From: Octopus bimaculoides
Taxonomy: Eukaryota
Length of the DNA: 41,995 nucleotides
NCBI RefSeq assembly: GCF_001194135.2
Contig: NC_068983.1
Span: 157,702,662-157,744,656, forward strand
Direction: 5' to 3'
Part shown: in pieces, positions 12,106 to 22,034 of the stretch
Position numbering within the stretch: position 1 is the stretch's first letter
Layout of the letters: each line of letters begins with the position of its first letter
Notes under the pieces: generated by a model
What the model was told of the DNA's origin: nothing
Databases searched by the model: none
What the model saw: the letters and a program-made list of their open reading frames with translations, nothing else
Program-made: the position numbers and the translations under genes

Positions 12106-12790
12106 TAGTGGTCGTGCTTCACCACCTCATCCCAGGTCTTCCTGAGATCGNNNNNNNNNNNNNNNNNNNNNNNNNNNNNNNNNNNNNNNNNNNNNNNNNN
12201 NNNNNNNNNNNNNNNNNNNNNNNNNNNNNNNNNNNNNNNNNNNNNNNNNNNNNNNNNNNNNNNNNNNNNNNNNNNNNNNNNNNNNNNNNNNNNNNNNNNN
12301 NNNNNNNNNNNNNNNNNNNNNNNNNNNNNNNNNNNNNNNNNNNNNNNNNNNNNNNNNNNNNNNNNNNNNNNNNNNNNNNNNNNNNNNNNNNNNNNNNNNN
12401 NNNNNNNNNNNNNNNNNNNNNNNNNNNNNNNNNNNNNNNNNNNNNNNNNNNNNNNNNNNNNNNNNNNNNNNNNTATTCTTATTCTAGCAGCTACACTTTC
12501 AGTGCACCCTCCCCCACTACTAACTTGGTCACCCAGATAGCGGAAGCTATCAACTACGTCTAGTTTTTCTCCCTGGAATGTGACAGAAGTTGTTTTCTGC
12601 ACATTTTCAGAGTTTATTGCTCCTGAACATACAAAATTCTAACTTCCTAGTTAACCTTCCTTTGATATTGCTGCACCTCTTATGTGTCCATAGCTTGCAC
12701 TGGGTACATCTTATAGAGTTTCTACCTACACCTTTTCTACAGATCGAGCAGGGCCATCTACCTGTGTTTTGTCTACCTTCCTACTTATTA
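12106..12790 (-). mobile_element. RTE LINE ORF2 fragment spanning a gap
   Basis: TTSVTFQGEKLDVVDSFRYLGDQVSSGGGCTESVAARIRI and DLRKTWDEVVKHD match 31350-32630. Confidence 0.85.
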
Positions 12791-13219
12791 GGACTTTGGT
12801 TTTAGCTAGTTTTGTCTACCTTCCTACTTATTAGAACTTTGGCTTTAGCTAGGTATTAGGACTTTGGTTTTAGCTAACTATAATTAAAAAAAATACTTTG
12901 TAAATGCTTGAAGGTATATCACCTGAGATGAAGAATTAGAATTTGAACCAATAAAACTTAAATTATTTCCATTCTATATCTGAGATAATGTGTCTTATCA
13001 GGAATCCACATCCTTAACTGATTTTATTCAACAATAAACTCAACTTTGCAATCATGTTTTGTCCTTAGCTTTTCTATTGTTACTACAAATGAACAATCTC
13101 CTCTGAAGTTTTTAGCAAGATATTTTACTACACCCTCTTGAAGAGTATTGCTATCCCTACTATTTTTTCATAAAGATCTTGAACCAAATAATATAGATAA
13201 AAGGATAAGGATCCTTCCC

Positions 13220-13450
13220 GAGTCATATAAACTCATAGAGCCAGTTTCCTGGTTTCTGTGGTGCATATGTTCTCCTCTGGATGGGACACTAGTCTCTTGC
13301 AGGATTACTCAGTTTTGCCATGTGAGTGAACTAGAGCAACATCAAAATGAAGTGTTCTGTTCAAGAACACAATGCATCATCTTGTCCAGGAATTGAAACC
13401 AAAATCTTATGATCATGAGTCTAACATCCTAACCACTAAACCTCATATCT
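13220..13450 (-). mobile_element. Decayed tRNA-derived SINE (MetaSINE/V-like motif CTGGATGGGACACTAGTCTCTTGCAGG)
   Basis: Head region resembles 41660-41968; B-box remnant GGTTTCAATTCC on the minus strand. Confidence 0.5.
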
Positions 13451-13655
13451 CCACTATCAAATAATATACATACAATAAAATCCCTAATGGCTTTTCCATC
13501 CCATTCACATTTAATATTCATAACCGTTTGAAAAGATGAGGACTGTAAAATAGCAAACAATCAATTAATGATATTGGTTAAGTTTTCAGCCAAAAATCTA
13601 AATAAGTAAACTTCTAAAATTATAAACCACAACACAAAGCTTTGTTATGTTGTAA

Positions 13656-14097
13656 ATCATCATCATCATCATCATCGTTTAACGTCTGCTTTCCATGCTA
13701 GCATGGGTTGGACGATTTGACTGAGGACTGGTGCAACCGGATGGCTACACCAGGCTCCAATCTAATTTGGCAGAGTTTCTACAGCTGGATGCCCTTCCTA
13801 ACGCCAACCACTCAGAGAGTGTAGTGGGTGCTTTTACGTGTCACCCGCACGAAAACGGCCACGCTCGAAATGGTGTCTTTTATGTGCCACCCGCACAAGA
13901 GCCAGTCCAGGGGCACTGGCAACGATCTCGCTCGAAAACCCTACAAGGCCAGTCAGGCGGTACTGGCAACGGTCACGCTCAGGATGGTACATCTTATGTG
14001 CCACCCACACAAGAGCCAGTCCAGGGGCACTGGCAACGATCTCACTTGGCTTGCCGGGTCTTCTCACACACAGCACATTTCCAAAGGTCTCGGTCAG
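13656..14097 (-). mobile_element. RTE 3' end with tandem about 100-bp internal subrepeats
   Basis: Starts with (CAT)n; TATGTGCCACCC.CACAAGAGCCAGTCCAGGGGCACTGGCAACGATCTC repeated twice; continues into the ORF2 C-terminus. Confidence 0.85.
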
Positions 14098-14114
14098 TAG
14101 TATGAGTAAATAAT

Positions 14115-14500
14115 AAAAATAACAGGCACCAGTAGGGCTGTGTTGCGAAAGAGTTCGTTTCTCAATCAAGTGCATTCAGATTCAGTGCCACTGCTTTGCA
14201 CCTTGGGTAAGTGTCTTCTACTACACCACTGGGATGACCAAAGCCATGTGAATGGATTTGGGAGATGGAAACTGAAAAGAAGCCTGCCATGATAATTTTA
14301 AACATGTGTCACCATTATACAAATGGTGCCATTTGCTCCCAATCTTTCATAGCAACACGTCTGATTGTGGAGAAATATTACCTTGCTTGGAAACAAGTGA
14401 AGCTTGATGACAGGACGGGTAATTGGCTGTAGAAAATCTGAGTCAATGAATTCTGTTTGACGCATGCAAGTATGAAAGAATCGATGCTAAAATGGTGATG
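14115..14500 (+). mobile_element. Decayed family C SINE
   Basis: CACCTTGGGTAAGTGTCTTCTACTA...GGAAACTGAAAAGAAGCC motif. Confidence 0.6.
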
Positions 14501-14640
14501 ATGAAACCAGTTGCAAAATAAATAGAACTAGATAAAATAATATAATATAACGTATATAGAATAAAGTTATTAATTATGCTACAGAAACTGCAGTAATACC
14601 ATGAACGAAAGATAATAGTAGTTAGTATAAAATATATTAC

Positions 14641-14704
14641 CCTGCATTAGGGGCTAAACCTGAGTAGGAAAAACGTTCCATCTCTGGACCTTCATTTGAT
14701 GGAC
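14641..14704 (-). CDS. EIF2AK1: Kinase-insert exon (GPSNEGPEMERFSYSGLAPNAG)
   Basis: Acceptor tttttttccag, donor gtaata, 64 nt, phase 1-2; fits both neighbouring exons. Confidence 0.8.
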
Positions 14705-15224
14705 CTGGAAAAAAAAATGAATTGTAAAACAGAAATATTCTTTGTTAATTTAGAACAGTCAATGGTAGAATCATTAGTGAACCAAACAGGATACTTTCCC
14801 ATTTTTAGTTACCTCTATGTTTGGAATTCAATCCTATCATAGTTAACTTTGCTTTCATCCTGGATGGCTGACCATTGCCCATGCAAAATATCAGCAATGT
14901 CTGTGCGTGTGGTTATTGCTTTAGTAGTCAGCTTCATCGAAGTTCATGTCCATAGCTTCTGTGCTTGCTGTGGTACCCACTTGCTTGATTGGGTATCAGA
15001 TAGTTGATTGCACAACCTAAAATTTTAGGTCCAATAAGGCTTGCACAGCACCTCACAGATGCTCTCCACACTACTGACATGATCCTGAGGCAAGCCAGAG
15101 CAAGAAATCCAGTGTCAATAAAACAAATACCAGATATGTACCAAGAGTTGGTTATCTAAACCACTAAATTATGACCTATGCTAATGTAAGAAACCATTAG
15201 TTTTCTAATTCATTTTTTATTCTG

Positions 15225-15337
15225 TGGAGCCTGGTGTAGCCATCCGGTTGCACCAGTCCTCAGTCAAATCGTCCAACCCATGCTAGCATGGAAAGCGGAC
15301 GTTAAACGATGATGATGATGATGATGATGATGATGAT
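15225..15337 (+). mobile_element. Very short RTE 3' terminus with (GAT)10 tail
   Basis: Reverse complement of 13656-13759 with one mismatch. Confidence 0.85.
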
Positions 15338-15855
15338 ATAATACACGAATGAAAGATAAAATATTTTTTCTAAATAGGAGGATTCTGGTCTACAACTGGT
15401 TTTATTTTCAGTTGGGGACCCGAACTCAACATTACAAGCCAGGAAGGCATTTAGCGGGTAGCTAACTTTTTTGATTTGATTGCAATGCTGGTAATACAGG
15501 CTGGTAGCAATGATAGTAAATTGTAGATTAAAAAAATGCCATAGTGACATTAATCAAATCAATATTACACAGCTAAATTTCAGAGAATGAAACCATAAAG
15601 GATAAACAAGGGTTTTATGTGCATGTCTAATTAATACAGAGAAGTCGACTTAACCTGTGTTAGTAATGATGAATAATGATTTTTAAGGCTACATGACATT
15701 ATACAGGCAGTAGTCAGTTTAGTAGTGTTTAGCACAATATTAATTTGAGGAGTAATTTGTCTTTCAATGTAGTGGCAACTACTTTTTCCTTCCATAAATA
15801 GTTAGATATCTTTCAGTTAGCAGTGCATTCAACACAATTACATTATAGAGTTATA

Positions 15856-16082
15856 TCAGGTCATTCCATAAGTTCTGTCCGATTTTACCTTTTTTAAAAT
15901 TGAATGAAATTTAATAGTATTTTAGCATGTCTAACGGAATTAAAAGTTATTTTTATGCATTTGTGTACATTTAAACTAATTAAATATTATTTTACAGAAT
16001 AATAGAATTAAAATTTCTTTCTTTAAAACCCTTTCTAACATGAAAGTATCCAAAGAGCATTTGAGGCACATANNNNNNNNNN

Positions 16083-16136
<54 letters not shown>

Positions 16137-17001
16137 TACACAGTAATACACATACAATATTCATGTCCTATATAAGTATATTTATATAATTATGATTTAT
16201 GTTCTTCAAATATCTGTTTCTACACACGCACAGTTTCCTGTTGTACATATATATATATAAATATAATGAGACAAGGCAACCATTTAATGGCACTTAATAG
16301 AACGTTACCCATTGCTACATTAAGAAAACTTCCATTTGTGTTTTCTTTACCAGCCAATGTTGAGACAATCTTAAATGATATAAGCTATTTAGTTACTTCC
16401 CTTGACGTTCCGATTTCGAATCCCGATCGATGTTACCTTATCTTTCGTCGCGAGAAGACATTCCCATCAAGTGCATGAGACAAGGCAATTTTTTTTTTTT
16501 TTTTTTTTGCAGCGAACCTTGGTTTACGAACCTAATTCGTTCCTGGAGGCCGTTCGTCATCCTGAATGTTTGTAAACCAAGATATGTTTTCCTGAAGGAA
16601 ATTCAAGAGAAGGCACGGCGAATTCGAACGGCAAGGTGCGCTGAGCGAAAGCTAGACAGCAACTAACGCTCTCCAGCTGGTACTCATACGTTATTGACAA
16701 CCGTTGTTGAAGGCTTGCGTGACCGTTACTCGAGATACAGTTCGTTACCCGAGACGTTTTATGTTCGAACAATTGTTCGTAAATCGATTTGTTCGCGAGG
16801 AGATCGAAACTGAAATTTCAGAGTTCTTCGCTTTGAAACCAAAAGAGTTTTACATTGATGGGATTAAAAAACTTGTAAATAGTGGGAATAAAGTCATAGA
16901 TAATCAGGGAAAGTACATTAATGATTAAATTTCAATTAAATACAATTTGATCACTTGTTTTCTTTATTCAAAATTCGGACAGAGCTTATGGGATGACCTG
17001 A
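15856..17001 (+). mobile_element. Disrupted mariner element containing nested insertions
   Basis: TA-flanked TIRs TCAGGTCATTCCATAAGTTCTGTCCGA / TCGGACAGAGCTTATGGGATGACCTGA. Transposase start MKVSKEHLRHI at 16040; C-terminus EEIETEISEFFALKPKEFYIDGIKKLV...NQGKYIND* ends at 16928. Confidence 0.85.
16509..16790 (+). mobile_element. Tigger/pogo-like MITE nested in the mariner; right end deleted
   Basis: CAGCGAACCTTGGTTTACGAAC...GTTCGTAAATCGATTTGTTCG terminal motifs. Confidence 0.55.
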
Positions 17002-17246
17002 TATAGTTTGTGGTTGTGCAACCTGCTAGACATAGTAACCAAATCTCCCTCACATCACACACTGCCTTCCATAAGGACTCATTAGCTAATGCAATCCTAC
17101 AAATCCCTAAAGGAAGACAAGATGGTTATGGCCCTGGAATGCTTTTAATGCTCAGTACAAAAAATTCAAATCTAAGAAAACATTGCTTATTCTATATTTT
17201 TATACAATCTGCAGTAGAATTAAAAGCAAAAGAAAATTGAACTTAC

Positions 17247-17340
17247 CTGTCATAAAAATGTCTTGTTCTAGCCAAGCAGAATTATACCCAACAATATTTT
17301 TGTGTTTCAAACAAGCTAAAGTTTTTACTTCATCAAGTAT
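17247..17340 (-). CDS. EIF2AK1: Kinase exon, alphaC-subdomain IV (ILDEVKTLACLKHKNIVGYNSAWLEQDIFMT)
   Basis: Acceptor ttttttttccag, donor gtaagt, 94 nt, phase 0-1; matches HRI [23 protein letters not shown]. Confidence 0.95.
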
Positions 17341-17940
17341 CTGGAAAAAAAAATGGGAATGAGCAAACAAACCATTATTCATATTCATAAAAAAATTTTT
17401 ACATGATGTTGTTAATAACATTCCAAATATGAAATATCAAATATAACAACTTCACAATTACTATCAGTAATTATCATACTATTTGTTTAATGCTTAATTT
17501 CATAAATACTTACTCGCTTTATTTCAATTGTGCTGTCATTATCTTTTAGCCAAATTTTTTTGATAGCATAATGTCGTCCATCTAGTTTATTAATTGCCTG
17601 ATATAAGAAAATAGTTAAGAGTTAATTTTAATGCAGGAAATTAACTGTCAGTCTCTCTCTCTCTCTTTCTCTTTCAATACATTAATGAGTAATGCTTTGG
17701 TACTCCAAATAGATATTAATTTTTATTAATTTCTGCAAAAATGAATTATCAACTGCAGAATATTTCCTATGACAATTGTTTTATAATTTATTTTGTTAAA
17801 TATTAACTATTCTATTTTGTAAAACATTTAGATATGGTCAAGAACTACAAAAATGATAGACCTGCTAGCAACCCCAACAGTATCAAAAACTTATTGGAGC
17901 TACCATTGTAGGCATGGTGTGTTGCAAGGACAGAAATCAC

Positions 17941-18003
17941 CTGATCTTGGAATGCAATTATTTTAATGGCCGAACTGAGGCCTGCTGTTTTCTTCTTGGT
18001 TGC
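17941..18003 (-). CDS. EIF2AK1: Probable beta-3 exon with the ATP-binding Lys (ATKKKTAGLSSAIKIIAFQDQ)
   Basis: The only phase 0-0 candidate with an AIK motif that I found between the Gly-loop and alphaC exons. Donor CAG|gtgatt; a second in-frame acceptor at 18015 adds SMHQ. The true exon could instead lie in the 22035-22977 gap. Confidence 0.55.
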
Positions 18004-18864
18004 CTGGTGCATACTCTGAATGTGCATGAATATATGCCATCATCATAATTTCATACCTAGTTTCCATGCTGGTATGGGTTGGACAGCTCCACAAGATTCA
18101 ATGGGTTAGAGAATCATGATTCGCTGTAGTGTCTTAGATTTGACATAGTCTCTACAAATGGATGCCTTTCCTAATGCCAACCACTTTCCAGAGTGCAGTG
18201 GGTATCTTTTTCTGTGGCACCACCACTAGTAAGGTCACTATATAGTTTGCAAGAACCCCTTCAACTTAGCTGGGAGTGAAGTGTCTTTATGTTAGGTGTT
18301 GAGAAGTTAAAGAATGATAGAAAGGATGGTACCTTGCAATATACAAGGCTGGGTCTCAATGATTGGGGTGGAGTTGGAAAGAAAGATAAAGATAGTGGTG
18401 ACAAGGTGCCAGAGTGTACTTTCAATCTATAAGGTGAATAAAAGATAGTGTGGGGAATAGAAGATCAGGAAGGGTAACTGGGTAAAGGCTGCAAAAGTAT
18501 GGGGGCAAAAGTGAGAGGCTGTTAGAGACAGGGGAAATGGTGAGTGTTGTAAATACTGAAAAAGAGCAGAGAGGTGATCGATAGTAAATATGAATGGGAG
18601 GAAGGTGGAGAGATGGATGTCAACAGAAGTGGCTGAGAAGAGGAAGTGGTGACTGGCAGTACAGCAAGTAGGGAAGGGATGAGAGGTAGGAAAATGACAG
18701 AAGGGTAAAGATTGCAAGATTGCAGTAGTGGGAAGAGTGAAAGACATCTGGTGATAGGGGTAGAGGTACACAGGAATGAATCTCATGGACAATGTTAAGA
18801 CTATATCTATTCCTATCCATACCTACACACAGACACATAGACAGACACACACACACATGTTTAG

Positions 18865-19170
18865 GTATGGCTGTGTGCTCAAAAGTTTGCTTTGCAAACA
18901 TATGGTTTTGAGGTAGGTCCTACTGCGTGGTATCTTGGGTAAATCACTTCTACTATAGTCAAGGGCCAATGTTTATAAGTGAATCTGGTAGAAGAATCTC
19001 TGAAGAAGCCTGTTTTGTGTGTGTGTCTTTGTTTCCCCACTGCTTGATAACTGATGTTGGTTTTTTTATGTCCCTGTAACTTAGCAGTTTTTCAAAAGAG
19101 ACTGATGAGATCGATTTATTCGATTTAAGTTTTCAAGGTGGTCTCTGGCATGGCTGCAGTTCAATGATTG
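18865..19170 (+). mobile_element. Decayed family C SINE
   Basis: tRNA-like head GGCTGTGTGCTCAAAAG followed by TTCTACTATAG...GAAGAAGCC. Confidence 0.55.
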
Positions 19171-19379
19171 AATTAAGTAAAAGAATGAAAGAGAGAATGT
19201 ATACACACAAGTCAACAAAGGAATTGAACTAATGAAAGAACTTTTACAATGGTTACTTGACTGACAAGCAACAGGAGCCAAAGGAAGGGCACAACTGATT
19301 AGTTAACACAATTTTAGATACACTGTCCATATAACATCCATGTTATATAGATGTACAACATGGGTACTAATGAAGCATC

Positions 19380-19700
19380 ATGGAAAGAAAATTGATGGAA
19401 CTTATACAAGAATGCTTTGAGCTGCTCTGGACATCTCCTGGAGACAACATGCTACGAAAGAACTTCTCTATATTACCACTAATATCATCTCTCATCAGAG
19501 AAGAACAAGATTCATTGGAGATTGTTGGAGAGCAACATATAAGATCAACGATATTCTTCTTTGGGAACCAAAGGATGGGTATACAAATATTTGTAGATCA
19601 CATCGAACCTACATAAAACAAATTTATGAAGGCTCTGAGCACACCTGAGAGGACCTAATGTATGCAATAGTGGACCAAATAGACTGGAGATGATAATGAG
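19380..19700 (+). mobile_element. RTE-X-like LINE C-terminal relic
   Basis: Frame not in the ORF track: KKIDGTYTRML*AALDISWRQH...RRTRFIGDCWR...DILLWEPKDG...TYIKQI...EDL..AIVDQIDWR. Confidence 0.7.
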
Positions 19701-19974
19701 ATGCACAATATCTGGAAAAAAAAAGCTCAGAATGGTTGTGACTAGAATGCCTTTGATTATAGGGTCTGTTCATTCATAGCAGATCTGATGCTAAACAATA
19801 ACAGTCAATATAGGGCAGTCTCTGTGGTTAAGCAACAACCAGTAAATATACAAAAATTGAATGATTAAATGTGTTCTTACTGTGTTTTTTAGAATGGATT
19901 AAGGTTTACTACAATGGATCTTTTGAGGTTGAAGGCATGGAAATGGTGTCTTTATAATTTTAAGAATTTAGTTA

Positions 19975-20265
19975 TGTATCCTACATTCTCCAGCTCCAAC
20001 CTTACTGCACTGGCTGTAAACCCAGGTATCCCTACCCATAATACAGAAGAGAGAAAGTTGAACAAGTACAGGAGCCTGACTGGCCGCTATCTGTTTGTAC
20101 CAGTCACTGTCAAGACCTCAGGCATCCTCAGATTCCACACTGCTGATTTTCTCCACAAAGTTGGGATAACAGCAGCCCATCTGAGAAACGAGCCCCATAA
20201 GGTGGGGTGGCTGCTGTAGTAAGTGTCGCTGGCCATTCTTTGAAGCCATACCTTTGCAATTATGT
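19975..20265 (+). mobile_element. CRE-clade restriction-like endonuclease (C-terminal) relic
   Basis: EERKLNKYRSLTGRYLFVPVTVKTSG...FLHKVG...EPHKVGWLL*..SLAIL matches the E.RK..KY..L...Y.FVP.A.ET.G pattern of CRE-type RLE domains. Confidence 0.7.
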
Positions 20266-20684
20266 TTGCAAGGTGTGGATGAATACGCTATTTGGACTGG
20301 AGTGCACAACCTGTTACTCCCTCACTCCTATTCCCCATCTTTTGCTGCTTATTCCCCCACTGCCTTTTCTTTTTCTTTTCTTCCTTAATGAGTTAGTTCT
20401 GGGATTTGTTGTTTTCAATAATTTGATCTTTTGTACTTTTAATATCTTTTTTTTCCTTCCTGTAAAAATGTTGCTTAATAAAAAAAATTTTAATCAATAA
20501 AAAAAAAATCTGTAATACATAAATATTTCTATATCCCACCAAAACATTGCCATACACATTGCTAAAAGTATCTCAGTTATGAATGTGTAGCAGACACTTG
20601 CCTCTCTGTTATATATACATAAATATGGACGTAGTAGATAACAGCTAGTCTTTGGCCGCATTTTGGACCCTGTTGTGTCCACTA

Positions 20685-20860
20685 CTCTGATTGGTTGGTA
20701 TTGGTGCAATTTGTCTCTTGCTCTATCGCGCGCCAATATGCAACCCAACCAGTCACAGCCGTCAAATAAGGTCACGTGAGACAGTCTGCTCTAAACCCCA
20801 GTTTGAGCTGACTGCTCCCTATAAAAACTCCAGCTTCACATCATCTCAATTGTCTTGGTT
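20685..20860 (+). promoter_or_regulatory. Putative Pol II promoter, antisense to the kinase gene
   Basis: CTGATTGGTT (NF-Y consensus, 20687-20696), ATTGG at 20700, CCAAT at 20733, TATCGCGCGCC CpG cluster, GGTCACGTGA E-box at 20770-20779, TATAAAA at 20820-20826, Inr-like TCAATT at 20847. Confidence 0.6.
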
Positions 20861-20923
20861 TCAGATCTTATGAGGTCTAACCACTGACCACACAGGACAC
20901 AGCCAGTTCCAGCGACAACACAG

Positions 20924-21225
20924 TATGTATGTATGTATACATATATATATAGAGAGGGAGATTGGGAGGGAAAGGTAATGAGATAGATAAAGCTTGGTGT
21001 GTATGTATGTATGTATGTATATATATATGTGTGTGTGTATGTACATATATATATATNNNNNNNNNNTGTATGTATGTACATATATGTATGGATATATGCA
21101 TATATAGAAAGAGAGAGATAAATAGATAGCGAGAGAGAAGCCGAGAGATAACTGACATGTGTTTTAAAGGGAGGGGGAAAGAGAGAGAGATAGATAGATA
21201 GCTAGATAGATAGAGAGAGAGAGTG
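20924..21225. repeat. Compound microsatellite (TATG)n/(TA)n/(GA)n/(GATA)n
   Basis: Direct reading. Confidence 0.9.
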
Positions 21226-21476
21226 TGTGTTTATGTTTGCTTTTTTTCTTTTTCCCTACTGTTTACTGCTTAACAGAACAAAGAAACTCTTCCCTTCTTT
21301 CCCCCTTCCCTTACGGAAAATGCCGAATTGATATAAACAAACGCTGACAAAAAAAAAAAAAAAGGATTAGTATCGAAAGATCGCCTTCATCCTAATGTCA
21401 ACATCATCTCTCTACGTACAGAGCAACCAACACCTCCACACAGGTTCATACAGCACTGTCGGTGAATTACTTCATC

Positions 21477-21743
21477 ATGGTTAACAGAAAATACAACCTG
21501 CGAGAACTCCTGTACCAAGGGACCCAGACAGCAGCATCACAGCCACAACCAGCTCTGCATCATTGCCGCAACTTCTTGATACAGCATTTCAACTATCATG
21601 TACAATTGACTACGAAATGGCATTTATCATTCTTGTGTCTGAACATTCTTCCAATTTCTCATTACAGACTCTTTCAATGCGCTGTACTTAACGCACACGC
21701 ATACATCCATGCCTATGCACAGACATACACATTGTTCTCATGA
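21477..21743 (+). CDS. Hypothetical 88-aa ORF of the putative nested antisense unit
   Basis: Strong Kozak context (ATCATGG) downstream of a strong acceptor at 21276; no recognisable homology. Confidence 0.2.
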   Translation: MVNRKYNLRELLYQGTQTAASQPQPALHHCRNFLIQHFNYHVQLTTKWHLSFLCLNILPISHYRLFQCAVLNAHAYIHAYAQTYTLFS

Positions 21744-21764
21744 CGGCCTGTCTATTATTATGTA

Positions 21765-22034
21765 CTAGCAGTATAACCCGACGTTGTCCGGGTGTGACTT
21801 ATTACGCCATCTACGATAAGTCTTGCTAGGTGAAAATCAACTAAAAAAGAAAGCCTTACAATGAAAAAACCCTTATGATGTAAATATGTTCATAATTCAA
21901 AAGACGAAATTAATAGGGGAAGTCTGAAGGCTGTTTTGTGTAACATTATTAAATGTACGTAAATTTCATCCGTCTAATTGGCTATACAAATGCTTGTGCA
22001 AAACAACTTTTTGCGCTGCCTTGATTACACATAG
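21765..22034 (-). mobile_element. Helitron-like 3' end (continues into the gap)
   Basis: Minus strand ends ACCCGGACAACGTCGGGT hairpin + TATACTG + CTAG|T, the canonical hairpin-CTRR terminus. Confidence 0.6.

Noticed and set aside
18427-18901. Minus-strand ORFs rich in Pro/Phe/Leu/His
   Set aside because: Product of compositional skew and microsatellite; likely decayed repeat.
20671-20922. Solo LTR interpretation (TGTTG...CAACA termini)
   Set aside because: No matching target-site duplication and no AATAAA downstream of the TATA box; not excluded until a copy-number search is run.
20865-20930. Spliced-leader RNA or C/D snoRNA interpretation of the 58-nt unit
   Set aside because: No Sm site after the donor, a TATA-type rather than snRNA-type promoter, and no proper C box (RUGAUGA) or terminal stem.
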